Counted from the first letter of the stretch, positions 26,972-41,201 are shown. The stretch is DNA of 64,000 bases from Eledone cirrhosa (GCA_964016885.1 OZ024743.1:345464001-345528000); one strand, 5' to 3'. Notes: generated by a model not told the origin, from the sequence alone. A program made the numbers and translations.

Positions 26972-28497
26972 GTAGAAATAAGTTGCGACGTCACTAGACC
27001 CAAGCTTTATCGGCCATTGCCTTTTCCTTGGACAACATCGGTGGCGTAGAGGGGGGAGACTGGTATACAAGGTCGATTGCTGGTCTTCCACAAACAACCT
27101 AACCGGGAGTTGTGTCTCAGAGAGGAACTTTCTAGGTACAAATCTCATGGTCATTTGTGAAAGATTGGGTGGTCTTTACCCTATATATATATATACATAT
27201 ATATATATTTTTGTGTATATATATATATATATATATATCTATATATATATATATGACTAAATTATATGTGATAAGTTTGAAGATAACGGAATGTGAGGGA
27301 AATGTTCAACTATTTCTAGCAGATAAAGCGTCTGCTGATAGGCTCGCTTGTTCTCAGATCATGAGCTGTTATTTTGGTACTGTTGTTGTTATTTATTCTC
27401 AGCCCATCTCTAATTGAGCAGATCAATGATCAAAGATATTCGAGACATAATCACATATATCATTATCTTAGCCATAGTGCAGAGTTATCAATATTGTCAG
27501 TATTGTCCTTCATTTTTCTCCCGATGGCTGCTATGTTAGGTGGTCAACCAGCCTCGTAGAAGCTGACTTCTCTGGGTTGTCTTCATTTGTTGAGTATTCG
27601 TGGAAAGTTTTACTCCATTGACGCGAATGTTTTGTGTGGTAGTTATGTGTTCGTCCTGCTGAGCAACACGCCACCATTAACAGATACCTGCAACGATTGA
27701 AAAGACCACCCCCTTACAGTTGCAATGTTGAGTTAGTTCTATGCATTGCATTAAATTGCATCATCAGCTGCATTTACACAACATTAATTCCATCTAGTGG
27801 TCAGCTGCAATAAAACAGATATCAATTTTATAACTTGTTTATTAAACACTTCTCTATAATCTCAGCACATAGCAGCTTCCCGTCCCAACCGTAAACCTGC
27901 AAATGGTTAGTTCCAGTAAAAAGGATTTACAACTCACTAGAGTCTCCTCATCTGCTATTATGGCATATCATGTCATTCATATACATTGACTGGTTCGTTT
28001 ATGTTGATACCGAATCAACATTTCTCAAACGTTATTCCTTTTTATAACTTTTATACCAATACTTCTTAACTCATGTGATACTACTTACTTTACTATGGCT
28101 AGCTGGCTGACTGGAGTTTATCTTTGTCCAGAATAGATTATAGTTTGAATTAAAACCCACAACTACCCATCACAACCATTCTCCAAAAACATCACTACCG
28201 CCAACCCTTCGGAATACTTTGTTCAATCTTACTTAACTATGCATCCCACCAAAGCTACATTACTATTTTAACATCAACACTATCTTACATTTTACGATTG
28301 TCTGACAAATACAAACGCACACTCAAACATATATACATACAGGTAGAGGCACACAGACACACCTTTAGATGTATAAAGATACATATATTCATATGTATAT
28401 ACAGATCATATACAAAAGCTATAAACATGCTGGTACGTGTGAATCTATCTACATACACACACACATGCATACATATATATATATATATACACATATG

Positions 28498-28537
<40 letters not shown>

Positions 28538-29080
28538 GGAGAGATAGAGAGAGAGGGGGAGGAGAAAGGGGTATCTTTGTCTGTCTGTAAATTGTAAATG
28601 AATTTCTATGTGTGTAGGAGAGATAGTAGCAATAGGATTATAGCATCAGAAGAAGATATTTTACATTGCTATTATTCTCATTCAATATATATTTGGTTGA
28701 GGTTTAGCCCCAGGTTAGCCAGGATTAAGGAAATCGTTGATAAAAGTTGATGGAGCTGAAGTCATCAATTGTCTTATTTTTTCGGAAATTCTCTATCTAA
28801 GAATACACTATCCAATGTGCAACATTTTATTCTAAGATTGTAGATTAATCGCCATAAAATGTTTCCCTCGTTAACTAGGCTCATTGAGACTAAATACTTT
28901 AAATGTAATTACAATATATACTGTATGTAGCTACAGTTTAAATTACGCAGGTAATTTATTACAACATAGAGACTACTTGTGTTTGGAATTCTAACCAAAT
29001 ATGAGGATTACATTTAATTTAATATTTAATTCAAATATTGTTTTTTTTTCTTTTTTAATTACTTGTGTTTATTATTATTT

Positions 29081-29252
29081 GGATTGGCAGTATCGGTAGA
29101 GGGTCGGACGCCATGCTTTGACGCATAGAGATACGGCCCTTGCCATTCTGAGTTCAAATCCCGCCGAGGTCTTTCATCCTTATGGGGTCGATAAAATAAA
29201 GTACCAGTAATGCACTGGATATTTGCTGGCCTTGTGCCAAAAGTAGAAACAA
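29081..29252 (+). mobile_element. tRNA-derived SINE, deletion subfamily
   Basis: ccgccgaggtctttcatccttatggggtcg; same deletion as 7527-7708. Confidence 0.9.
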
Positions 29253-29723
29253 TAATTTTTTTTAGATAAAATACTGTATTGTAGTTTTGTGACAAAGTAA
29301 TCCCTATCAGTTTCTTATCAGAATGGACGTTGAACGTTGGCAATATTATTTTCCAGTTCGTCTCGTGATGCACCTTTCCTCTCCGCAGTTGTAAACTCCA
29401 TCTTCCAGAGTTACGCATTTGAAGCTGAAAGAAAAATTAAATTAAGACAATAAAAAATATAGGACAGTCGTCTTTTAGTGAACTCCTCTTTAAAATAGAT
29501 TTTTATCTCGATGTCTGGTAAAAAAAAATCACCAATAAGTGAATATTTGCAGATTATCGATAGTTATATGGAACGGGGTTAGAGTGATATGGTAGAACCT
29601 CAATCTCGTGAAGTGAAACATCTATCAGGATATCATGCTGCCATATAAATAATATGTAAATTTCTCATCCTATACCACAGCCGATACTACCCGCCCCACC
29701 ATATATATATATATATATATATA

Positions 29724-29927
29724 TAACAAAGGAATTGTGGTAAGGAACCTGATGGACCATAACGCACCAGAGTACTCAATACTTAGGGTAGTAGAGTGGG
29801 AAATAGAAAAAAGTAAGACTCCCGACGGCAGAGCTCAAGCCGTTTCGACGGCAATTTCTGGACTATATTTGAGTCCAGAAATAGCCGTCGAAACGGCTTG
29901 AGCTCTGCCGTCGGGGTCTTACTTGTT

Positions 29928-29932
<5 letters not shown>
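29724..29932 (-). mobile_element. Family B fold-back copy
   Basis: Inverted arms 29811-29924; tail on the left; (TA)n on both sides. Confidence 0.8.
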
Positions 29933-29970
<38 letters not shown>

Positions 29971-30020
29971 ATAATATTAATAAATGGAAACTATCTTTAT
30001 AAAACCATATTTATTTTATT

Positions 30021-30925
30021 ACTAGCATTAAAGTCCGGCGTTGCTCGGAGTCATTAAGTTACCAAAGTTAGGTTGCACCACCCATTTTATGGCACCACTT
30101 TTTTGTCTGCCAGGTACTGGGTGAATGAATTGCAGACCTGGAAGCATGAGCTGCGCCAGCAGTGACAATTGTAGTTTCGCCTATGGATATTATCTCTGTG
30201 CAAAAAAGTGTTGAAATTTATTGTTTCACAGTACTTGCGCAACACGCGCGTAGACGATGCCAGCCGAACAACAGCTGCGATGGAGTTGTTCTGCATGGTT
30301 TTCTGTGTGTTTTCTAAATTTAAGACAGTAGGGAGGGTTGTTATATAAGGGAGAGTTAGCTGTTGTTTCTAGCAGGTTTAGTGACCTCATAGAGGATATG
30401 TGTTTTCTAAATTTAAGACAGTAGGGAGTGGTGTGATATGGGGGAGAGTTAGCTGCTGTTTCTAGCAGGTTTAGTAACCTCATAGGGGATATGTGTTTTC
30501 TAAATTTAAGACAGTAGGGAGAGGTGTGGGGAGGGGTGTGATATGGGGGAGAGTTAGCTGCTGTTTCTAGCAGGTTTAGTAACCTCATAGAGGATATGTG
30601 TTTTCTAAATTTAAGACAGTAGGGAGTGGTGTGAACGGACAGTATCACCATCAAGCTTGGAAAGAGAAAGTAGCAGAAAGTATGAAGTTGTATAGATTTT
30701 GAATGGTAGTGGAAAGAGTCCAGCAGTTTAAATGAGAGAGAAAAATCGTAAAATATTGAGTTTTATCTATTTTTTGCGTAATTGTGGGTGAAATTGAAAA
30801 AATTATCTGCGTCAAGACGCAATCGAAACTATTTCGAATACTGAATTGTAAATTTCAATTGAACAAATTCTATATCGTAGATTTCTATAACGAAGGAGCA
30901 TGACCACACACTGAGCTTTATAGAT
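30021..30925 (+). mobile_element. Helentron/HINE-like non-autonomous element with central tandem repeats
   Basis: Starts ACTAG plus hairpin ccggcgttgctcgg; 3.3 tandem units of 93-105 bp (30307-30630); ends ctttatagat; splits a family C element whose intact form is at 51550-51700. Confidence 0.6.
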
Positions 30926-30983
30926 TATGATATATATTTCAAGAGTACCACATTTTTTTAGTACGCACTCATCAGATAAAATA
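30925..30983 (-). ncRNA. Minimal type-I hammerhead motif, family C
   Basis: tattttat CTGATGA g..t GAAA t atat a TC ataa; the 3' strand of stem I is interrupted by the Helentron-like insertion. Confidence 0.6.
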
Positions 30984-31817
30984 CAAAAGTTGTTTTATAG
31001 ATAATGACATATGCCAAAACAAGAACTTATCGTTTTAAGTTATGTTTGAATAGCCAACAAATTAAATAACTCTTTGCTTATATATATATATATATATCTT
31101 CTTTTTCTTGAGTCATCCCTCCATAGAAGATGAAACATTCATTTTGCTTTTTCTAATGGCTAGAATATATGCGGCTCGCCACAACAGTATACTCTTATAT
31201 TTCTCCGCTAAATGGCCTCGTTGTGTCGACCCATTGACAGATCAATAGCCGATCATCTGCGAAGCCTCTGGTTTTCATGAGACCGAGGTCACCTAATTAA
31301 ACTGTTGATTATCGCATGAGCTAATGCTTACTATGAGAAAAGCAGGATTTTACCGAGGTTTACTTTTCTATGTCCGACTGCTAGATTATACTATGATAGT
31401 AATATCAGAGGTACTCCGTGTTGGATGTGGCTATTCATCACGCAGGTTGGTTTTTGAAATGAGAGAGGCTAGGTGCTCAGCTTGAACGAGTATATAAGGC
31501 GCCTCATAAGTCCGTACGGGGACACTACAAAGACCAACCAGTGCCAACCAGTGAAATCTAGTGCAGCTCTGCACACTCTTAAATTAACATATACTTATTT
31601 ACACACCCACACGATATATGCATATGTACACACTATTGGATAGCCCTTGAGTCACATGAGATTCCCCGCCCTTTGTCAGGTTTGGTTGTTCCTCCTCCAT
31701 GGTGGCGGAAATGACCATCATCAAGCAAACTTAGTGGTATTTCCGTTTTAGCCACCGACGACAAGACCATGTGACAGGTTATACTGGGTTACACGTTACT
31801 AGTAGCATCCAATACAT

Positions 31818-31867
<50 letters not shown>

Positions 31868-31869
<2 letters not shown>

Positions 31870-32010
31870 GAGTCCAGAAATAGCCGTCGAAACGGCTTGA
31901 GCACTGCCGTCGGAGTCATAGTTTTTCCTATTACCCACTCTACTACCCTAAGTATTGAGTACTCTGGTGCGTTACGGTCCATCTGGTTCCTTACCACAAT
32001 TCCTTCGTTA
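31868..32010 (+). mobile_element. Family B copy, 5'-truncated inside the hammerhead core
   Basis: (TA)n-ATGA gtccagaaatagccgtc GAAACGGC ttgagcact GCCGTC gg, followed by the family tail. Confidence 0.75.
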
Positions 32011-32025
32011 TATATATATATAGTG

Positions 32026-32200
32026 TTGGATTGGCAGTATCGGTAGAGGGTTGGATGCCATGCTTTCCAGCATAGTTACGTCCCTTAAAGATCTGAGTTC
32101 AAATCCCACTGAGGTTGACTTTGCCTTTCATCCTTACGGGGTCGATAAAATAAAGTACCAGTAATGCACTGGGTAATTGCTGGCCTTGTGCCAAAAATTG
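32026..32200 (+). mobile_element. tRNA-derived SINE
   Basis: A/B boxes, body and tail as in the other copies. Confidence 0.9.
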
Positions 32201-32329
32201 AAATGATCATAGTATAACAAACCTTTCAAGGAATTACACCAGTCCAGCCTCCTGTTATTTTATAATAATTAACTCCGTACTCGCACCACCAACTACACAA
32301 ACGAAGACGGGTGAGTTACATTACGTTGA

Positions 32330-32405
32330 GTGCTCGCCATAATATTACATCGAGATTGACCATACGGAATGACCAGTTCTATCCAGTGGTGAACCAACAA
32401 ACCTA
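32330..32405 (-). mobile_element. Short interspersed repeat (family E); second copy at 44097-44195 (+)
   Basis: aggtttgttggttcaccactggataga..ggtcattccgtatggtcaatct is present in both; ccagcctcctgttatttta also at 32244-32262. Confidence 0.6.
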
Positions 32406-32426
32406 AATAAATAAATAAATAAATAA

Positions 32427-32484
<58 letters not shown>

Positions 32485-32584
32485 CGAAGGAAATGTGGTA
32501 AGGAACCAGGTGGACCATAACGCACCAAAGTACTCAATACTTGAGGTAGTAGAGTGGGTAATAGGAACCAGTAAGACCCCGACC

Positions 32585-32650
<66 letters not shown>

Positions 32651-32658
32651 CATAAATA

Positions 32659-32714
<56 letters not shown>

Positions 32715-33059
32715 TAATTTCAGCGAGATCGTATTTCGGCGGGGGCCAAAAACTAAACGAAACGCAATCCTCGAGATACGCGGCAAGCACTCATTGGACT
32801 AACTGAAGACCAGAGCAATTAACATACGTTATAAAGGCCAGATAAAATGAAAAGAGTGGTCGTGAAGCCATCAGCCAGCGGAGCCAAAAAATACGGAGCA
32901 AGCATATATATATATATATATAGGTGTGTGTGTATCCATATATATATATATGTGTGTTTATATGTGTGCATATATTTATGTATATATATATGTGTGTGTG
33001 TGTATAATAATTACGACTCTCCCACATGTGCGGTGTCACCGCACCAGTAAATTTGTGTC

Positions 33060-33118
<59 letters not shown>

Positions 33119-33415
33119 AGAGAGGCACGTAAACACATGGCAACACAAAAACACAGCATACACGCGACTTCATACAGTTTCTACAAGTGAAAGCTGTTAG
33201 GGATAAATCCCCGGTATTTAACACCTAACTGTTATTAAACTATCACCAGATATCTGTCAACAGAGCTGTCCGTATATTCAATATCTACCCCCTTGACTCT
33301 AGTCACCACAGAATACGCTATGTAATCTTAAAGGACCACATTTAAACTTTTTTAGTTTACATAGTTTCCTGAAACGCGCCGTTCTGTCTTTGACTCATCT
33401 AACTTCCTTTCAATT

Positions 33416-33534
<119 letters not shown>

Positions 33535-34234
33535 TTCTGTATCCCATAAACTCACCTTTCTCCTTCTCTTTCTCAGACCCTCTGTCTTCCACACATATAT
33601 ACATACTATACTCTCATTAGAAACCCCTCACTAAGTGTTTTTACAATGACGATTACTTGGTTATTATCTTTGCATACAGTTCACACGGGCAAATATACAA
33701 TGACCCTGACTGAATTTGCACACACAAGCACACACATAGACAAACTATACACACTAAAATATGCAAACAAACGACCCCCTAAACTGATAACACCTTATGT
33801 TAGTAAATATCTTCCCCTGAAGATATGCATCAAACTTCCCTGTGTAAAAGATTGACACTTGACCTAATATTTTCTTCATTTAAGTTCTATTATTTTGTAT
33901 TTAACAATGAATTTCATCATTTATATATTGTTATCTGTTATATTATAATATACCATATATAGTATGTATATATATGTATATATATATATATATATATACT
34001 ATATATATGTATATATATAAATGTTTAAGAAATAAACAGCCCTCTATATAACATATGTGTGAGCGTGTTTGCATACGTTTGTGCTGTGTATGTATTTGCA
34101 TACACACACGCACACAGACACACACATATATATATATATAGGAAAGTATTATTACCCACTCTACTACGCTAAGTATTGAGTACTCTGGTGCGTTATGGTC
34201 CACATGATATGTTACCACACCCTCTTTGTTCAAG

Positions 34235-34273
<39 letters not shown>

Positions 34274-34347
34274 ATGTGTGTGTGGGTGTGTATGCAAATA
34301 CATATACAGCACACACGCATGCAAAGACGCACACATATATTTTATAT

Positions 34348-35340
34348 ACAAGGCTGCCCATTTCTTTGAGGACGTTCGCATGAGTTTAATAAACGATGCA
34401 TATGTCATGAACGAAGGGCTTTATTTAAGAAAACATCTGGCATGATTAATCTTGAGACGCTTCTTGATATATCAACTCAAGATATCCGCCGTTAACATCG
34501 ATGACTGTGTCTATACGAGGTACAAAGCATTGACCCAGATGAGTCAGATGATCTTTACCTATTTCGGGCGGACTTTAGATATTTAATAGTGTTAATAGTG
34601 GCTGAGTTGATTGACTTCCCTCTCCACTATGTTCCATACATATTATTTAAATGGATTCACGTTTGGAGATCTATGAGCCTACATGTTAACGGCGAGGTGA
34701 TCGCAGAGATTGTATCTCATCCATTCTTGCGTTGTCTTGGACTTATGAGACGGCATAGTATCGGTAGAGGGTCGGACGCCATGCTTTCCAGCATAGTTAC
34801 GTCCCTTTACGATCTGAGTTCAAATCCCGCCGAGGTTGACTTTGTCTTTCATCCTTACGGGGTCGATAAAATAAAGTACCAGTAATGCACTGGATAATTG
34901 CTGGCCTTGTGCCTAAAGTAGAAACAATTATCTTTTTATGATCTGAGTTCAAGTCCGGCCGAGGTTAACTTTGCCTCTCATCCTTACGGGGTCGATAAAA
35001 TAAAGTACCAGTAATGTACTGGGTAATTGCTGGCCTTGTGCCTAAAAATAGAAACAATTATCTTGTTGGTAAATGTACAGACTTGATTTGCTCACGCTCT
35101 TTATCCATTGCCTCACAACGCTCCTCTATAACTCCTTATAGTCAACAATATTTTATTTGAACCTCCGACGAAAGACCTGAATAGGCATGTTATTTTCCTC
35201 GTTGTTCACGACTTACAGAACCAACACATTTGCCTGAAACGGTATGTGCATAACACTGAAACGTCTGTAGGGTGTATGCATAAAATTCTGTAATTCCTTA
35301 GGTTGACATTTTGGTTCTGATCAAATGCCTCTCAGCAGAT
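34348..35340 (-). mobile_element. Degenerate maT/DD37D (Tc1/mariner) relic interrupted by SINEs
   Basis: TIR-like caaggctgccc..tttgaggac; minus strand YIYQQD|SINE|PSHKSKTTQEWM..RSPNVNPF..YVWNIVEREVN. Confidence 0.7.
34757..35060 (+). mobile_element. SINE plus tandem partial SINE
   Basis: Copy at 34757-34930 followed by a B-box-to-tail duplicate at 34938-35060. Confidence 0.9.
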
Positions 35341-35398
35341 ACTAACCAGATCATTCCAGACTGTTGATGTTTCAAATTGCTCAACAAGCAGTTTTCAT

Positions 35399-35586
35399 GG
35401 TGGATTGGCAGTATCGGTAGAGGGTCGGATGCTATGCTTTGTAGCATAAAGTTACGGCCTTTTATGATCTGAGTTCAAATACCACCGAGGTTAACTTTGC
35501 CTTTCATCCTTACGGGGTCGATAAAATAAGGTACCAGTAATGTACTGGGATAATTGCTGGCCTTGTTCCAAAGGCAGAAACAATTA
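35399..35586 (+). mobile_element. tRNA-derived SINE
   Basis: ggtggattggcagtatcgg..gagttcaaatacc..tail. Confidence 0.9.
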
Positions 35587-36487
35587 TAACGCGCTTTTTC
35601 ATTTGGTGAGGTAGCTTGACCCCTCTGACCATTTATCTGAAAATAAATAATAATCAGAACAATTTAGAAAAACCTTATATACCTTGTATATACATGTAGG
35701 AAAGACGTTTCTGAGATTCGACTGTGTTTGAGTTTATCTTCTATATTAATGTTTTCTCAGTTCCTTCCGTTTAGTTTGGAACACAATTCTTAAAGTAATT
35801 ACAGATTCAAGACCTCCTCTCCTCAATTAAATGGTTATAGTGGTTCAACATGCCGTGTGTTCGTAGTAGGCAGCTAGGAATTATATAATGAAACGAAGGA
35901 AAAATCTCAATTGACTTAGATAAAAGCCAGCGATGAAATTCTGAATGTCGTAAGGCAAGCAATCTCAATTAATCAAAGTTTTTCTGTTAGATAGAGATTA
36001 AAAACAAAATATTAGTCAGGGATGGAACGATAGTCATCATGAAACTTTTCAGGGTGGGACGAATATATCTTGAAATGCTTGCCTGTTGGAATTTTAGCAA
36101 ATTTAAAATAAATAAATTTCAAGAAACTACGAATGGATGATATAAATTAGATTTACAATGCTCACGGAGAACACTTATCTTTGCAGCGAAGAGATAGCCA
36201 CTTTCATATATCGGGCTGACTGGACCTCATCAGTATAGTAGTGTCTACTTAAGAAATATGGCCGATGGAATAACCCTCAGGGCAAGATTTCCAATGAGTG
36301 ATGTCTGTCCGTATGATTATAAGATTACTTTGTTTTATATTTCTATATTCTAAGTTTATATCTAAGTTTCATCTTCAGAGATCGATAAAATTAATAACCA
36401 TAAAAAAAAAAAAATGCTTGAAAATGACTTAAGAAATTTAAACCCAAAGAGAAGAAAACGTAACATTATACTCTGAAAATTCTTAAA

Positions 36488-36525
36488 TCTCTGAAGAAGG
36501 GAATTTTAAGCCCCGAAATATTAGG
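36488..36525 (+). ncRNA. Possible minimal hammerhead motif
   Basis: tct CTGAAGA aggg..cccc GAAA tat TA gga; stems are short. Confidence 0.45.
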
Positions 36526-37194
36526 ACAGAAGAAAGAACAGCAACAACAAAAAACAAAACAAAGATTACCAGGTAACTTACATTTCCGTTATCTCATCTT
36601 ACAGTCCATTTTGCATTGTTTACCCTTCTATCTCCTTCCACATTATATACCATATACAATGCATCATGCAAGCTCCAACATTTTATTATCTAAACTTACA
36701 TTTTCTCTTCCTCCCACTCCAACCAAAATCTGTTGTATTATGTCAGAAAGTTCAGAGATCGATGTATCGGTGTTCAAATCTCATAAGAGTTGATCTCAGA
36801 TGCAAAAGAAAATATAAAGAATCATGGAAAGCAGGTTTATTTTTATATTGAAAAAATAAAAACACAAACTAACAAAATGTCTGCATTAGAGAAAAGTAAT
36901 GCATTTCACAGCTTCCTATAGCACTACCACCTACATAACCTGAATGTTAAAGACACAGCCAAATTCTTTCTTTAGTGTTTTGATTATGAGTAATAGGTAA
37001 CCAAACTTTGAAAAAAATTACTACTGTTAAGACAGAAAAAAATATATTTTCTTTTATTTATAGAATAACACCTGGGTCTGTTAGACAGACGGAGAGGCCG
37101 ACAAATATACAGATGATTGAATAGGTTCTTAGGTAGTTATATATATATATATATATATAGATAGATAGATAAATAGATAGATAGATAGGTAGAT

Positions 37195-37522
37195 AAATAA
37201 ATTTCTTTATTCGGCACAAGGGTGCAAAAGATGGGGACAAATACAAAAACATACATATAGTGAGGAGTTTACATACAGGCGTGTAAAGAAAAAAGAATTA
37301 ATAACAATATTATTAAATTTAACAATCGAAATCCCCAATAGGGGGGAGGCGTTACACATGGGTTGCACGCACCCCGAAAAAATGTACAACCCTCATCTCC
37401 AGGAACACGAAGAGTGAGTGCTCCTTTCCTCTCTTCCTATTTTTCCTCAACCTACAAGTTTATATAGAGGGAAGGCCCAACCACTCGGGCCATTCTTGCC
37501 ACATTCACCCAACTTTCGGAAG
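37195..37522 (-). mobile_element. L1/Tx1-like LINE 3' end
   Basis: Terminal peptide SESWVNVARMARVVGPSLYINL*, then a U-rich 3' UTR ending AATAAAGAAA in a microsatellite. Confidence 0.55.
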
Positions 37523-37560
37523 ATAGGTAGATAGATATATATATAGATATATATATATAT

Positions 37561-37617
<57 letters not shown>

Positions 37618-37980
37618 CATATAGATGGAGAAAGAGGGCTAGAAATATGTACAAACATATTCGCAAGCATAGATTGCATAGATTTTACAAAATTAATATG
37701 TGTATGCATTTCTGTTTTTTCCATTCTCTCTCTCCTCCCTCCTTTCTCACTTTCTCTAAATCTCTCACTCTCTCTCTCATATATATATAATATACACATA
37801 CATAGTTGCCCCGAAGAAGTGGAAAGGTGGTTAGTGGGCAGATAGCACGAAGTGTTGAGTTGTATTCGTTTATCGATCGTTCAATTGATCAACTTAACAG
37901 ATACACGCATAGATATACTGTGTGGATTATGGATATAAATGCAGAGGGATATGTATATATGTATGTATGTATGTTTGTAA

Positions 37981-38063
<83 letters not shown>

Positions 38064-38208
38064 TATATGCGTGTGTGTGTTTATATATATATATATATAT
38101 ATATGTCCATGTGTGTGTGTTTCTGTGTTGATAGATATGCTGAAAGTTAATAGATGAATGGGTAGTTATTTAAAAGAGAGAATCACACACCCATGCAAAC
38201 ATACATGT

Positions 38209-38290
<82 letters not shown>

Positions 38291-38410
38291 CAGACAAACA
38301 GACAGATAGATTGGTAAATGGACAGGGGTATATATGTAATGAAAAATAAGATACATAAATAAATAATAGGTAGACATATACAGGAAGAGATATGAGGATA
38401 TATAAATAGT

Positions 38411-38489
<79 letters not shown>

Positions 38490-38651
38490 GGGTGATGAGA
38501 GTGAGGGAGATTGAGAGATAGAGAAAAGGGGAAGGATGAATGTCGGCATAGAACGGTGTCGATACAGGTTTGGAGACGAATAAAAAATTGGATAAAGTTT
38601 ACAGTGAAAGAAACTATATAACAAAGAAAAACTTAGCACATTCACACACAC

Positions 38652-38686
<35 letters not shown>

Positions 38687-39479
38687 CACCAGTTAAATAT
38701 ATAAACGATTCAAAGCATGATTGAAAAAAATAACGAAATGAATAAAACAACAACATTAACAATGTTGAGATTAAATAAAGTAGTAATGCAATGAATAAAT
38801 AAAGCTGATAAAGTCGGGATATAACTCGGATCGATGGATCAATACATTGAAGACTATGTCTGTACAATATTAAACACTTTCTATCACTGACAAATGGATT
38901 CTCAACTGACGTTTGGTCATGATATATTATAGATCGACTGTTTTCTGCCAATAGATGCATGGATATGGATATATATATATATACGTGTGTGTGTGAATTT
39001 GCATATGCGTTGAAGTGTTTGCACTTCATGTATTTTTATGTTTGTGTGTTTGTACGATTGTGTTAAGGTATTTGATATAAACTATATATATATTTTATAT
39101 GCATTGTGTTGCATTAGTGCCTGTGTATGTATGTCAATGTATGTGCTTATGCGTGTCGAGGTTTTTTCACTTGTATGTATATATTAATAAATATATCTTT
39201 TTTAGAATGGAGACATTGGTCATGACCGTTATATGACTTCCTATGTAAAGTCGATGTGCGTGATGTTGCTTTCGCTGTATAATCCCAGGTCATACCGAAG
39301 TTGGGATACATATTACTAAAGGTTTCACTGCCGTAATCATCCTATTTATTTTATATATATATCATTGGCTACACTATCAAATATATTCTTCGTCATTTAA
39401 TATAGTAGAGTGTGCTGCATGGAAGATTAGGTTGGTATTTCTGGCAGGTCAAAGAACCAAGTAAAACGCACGTTTCAAA

Positions 39480-39602
39480 CAGGCCGCTTCTGATTTCAAA
39501 CCCACTGCGCTGCACATTAGGCAAGTGACATCTATAGTCTCTGGATTACCAATGCCATGCATGAGGAATTGTGAAGACAGAAAGTGCAGAAGTCTGTCGT
39601 AT
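39480..39602 (+). mobile_element. Diverged second SINE family (octopus OK-like) relic
   Basis: cccactgcg..cac.tt.ggcaagtg..ctatag..cagaagtctgtcgtat; recalled consensus, not searched. Confidence 0.5.
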
Positions 39603-39667
39603 GTCTCTCTCCCACTCTCTGTTTTTCTCTCCCAGCCTCACTCTCTCTATATCTACCTATCTATCTA

Positions 39668-40111
39668 AGGCAAGTACAATTCCCGAGATCCATGGACGAG
39701 TTCTCCCCAGCGGTCTCTGTCCTTCATTATCGCTGCCATGTCCTGCGTCTCCAACAGACCATTGTCTGTCCTTAGAGCATCAACATACGTTAACCTTGGT
39801 GTTCCTCTTCCAGTGTGTCCATGTAGGGGCTCCCGCCGGAGCACTGAGTGCAATGTCAACTCTGAAAATCCGCCTCTTCATTGCTGTAATGGAGTCTGTG
39901 CTGCTGTACGGGTCTGAGACTTGGACACTGACCAAGAAACTCACTCAGATGGTGGATGGGTGCTACACGAGAATGCTGAGGATGGCTCTGATCATTAATC
40001 CGTATACACTGAGGATGAAAAACTCAGAGCTGTATGGGAGCCTCCCAAAAAAGTCAGCTCAAAAGTGACACAGAGGAGACTAAGGTTAGCTGGACATGCT
40101 CACCGACATCC
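39668..40111 (-). mobile_element. RTE-type LINE 3' fragment with 5' inversion and 19-bp target-site duplication
   Basis: Plus strand 39853-40111 [46 protein letters not shown]; minus strand 39852-39668 continues LRREPLHG..GRGTPRLTYVD..DRDRW; TSD 39649-39667/40112-40130 (18/19). Confidence 0.88.
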
Positions 40112-40137
40112 ATATCTACCTATATATCTATATATGA

Positions 40138-40200
<63 letters not shown>

Positions 40201-40278
40201 CATGCATACACACTCACACATATATATATGTATATATATAGAGATTACATGAATCAAAGTTCTGTTTAAATCATTTAT

Positions 40279-40327
40279 TTGCTTACAATTGTTTCTTCCA
40301 AACCGAGGTTTGAAGTCTTCGGAGCAA
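40279..40327 (-). ncRNA. Hammerhead motif with U4C core mutation
   Basis: ttgct CCGAAGA cttcaaacc..ggtttggaa GAAA c aatt g TA agcaa; palindromic loop AATT. Confidence 0.55.
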
Positions 40328-40664
40328 TTATTCAGTGATTTTTAACATACTTGACCTCCTTTTCAACACAAGTGACATATAGAAACATATGTATATATTG
40401 AACCACAGTGGGTTGACATCCATTATAATAATATAGCATGGTAATTTACATACAAACATTACAGCAATATTAAAGGACAAAATTAAAGTTAAAATTAAAA
40501 TAAAAATAAAAATAAAACATTGGCAGTTTACTAAGGTAAAGCAAGAGGAAAGTTTGGAGTAGCCAGTATATGCAACAGCCACACGTCTTTCACTATTTAG
40601 GGTATAAAATATATATAACTATAAAAGGTTTTAGTATATACATAACCATAAATAGTATCCTTAA

Positions 40665-40755
<91 letters not shown>

Positions 40756-40940
40756 CCCAAGGGGTATGTAGTCTTGACAACCACTTACAAGTGAGAAATG
40801 GTACTACCGTCGATTACTCCGCTTTGCTTTTGCCGAGACTATGTATGTGACGTAGTCACTACTTTACAATTCATAGCGACTGGTCTTCGAAATGTTTTAA
40901 AATAAACATACAGTATATTATAAGACATACTATACGTACA

Positions 40941-41010
<70 letters not shown>

Positions 41011-41011
<1 letters not shown>

Positions 41012-41194
41012 AATTGTTTCTACTTTTGGCACAAGGCCACCAATTAGCCAGTATATTACTGGTACTTTATTTTATCGACCCCGTAAGGATGAAAGCAAAG
41101 TTAACCTCGGCGGGATTTGAACTCAGACCGTAAATGGTCGTAACTATGCTAGAAAGCATGGCGTCCAACCCTCTACCGATACTGCCAATTCACC
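41011..41194 (-). mobile_element. tRNA-derived SINE
   Basis: Full reverse-complement copy. Confidence 0.9.
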
Positions 41195-41201
41195 AGTAAT
41201 A

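Noticed and set aside
31400-31800. Possible solo LTR (TG start, TATATAA box)
   Set aside because: No second copy, TSD or clear CA end to support the boundaries.
36190-36240. Minus-strand CTGATGA..GAAA..TA
   Set aside because: Stems I and II do not pair; at best a decayed ribozyme, so not counted.
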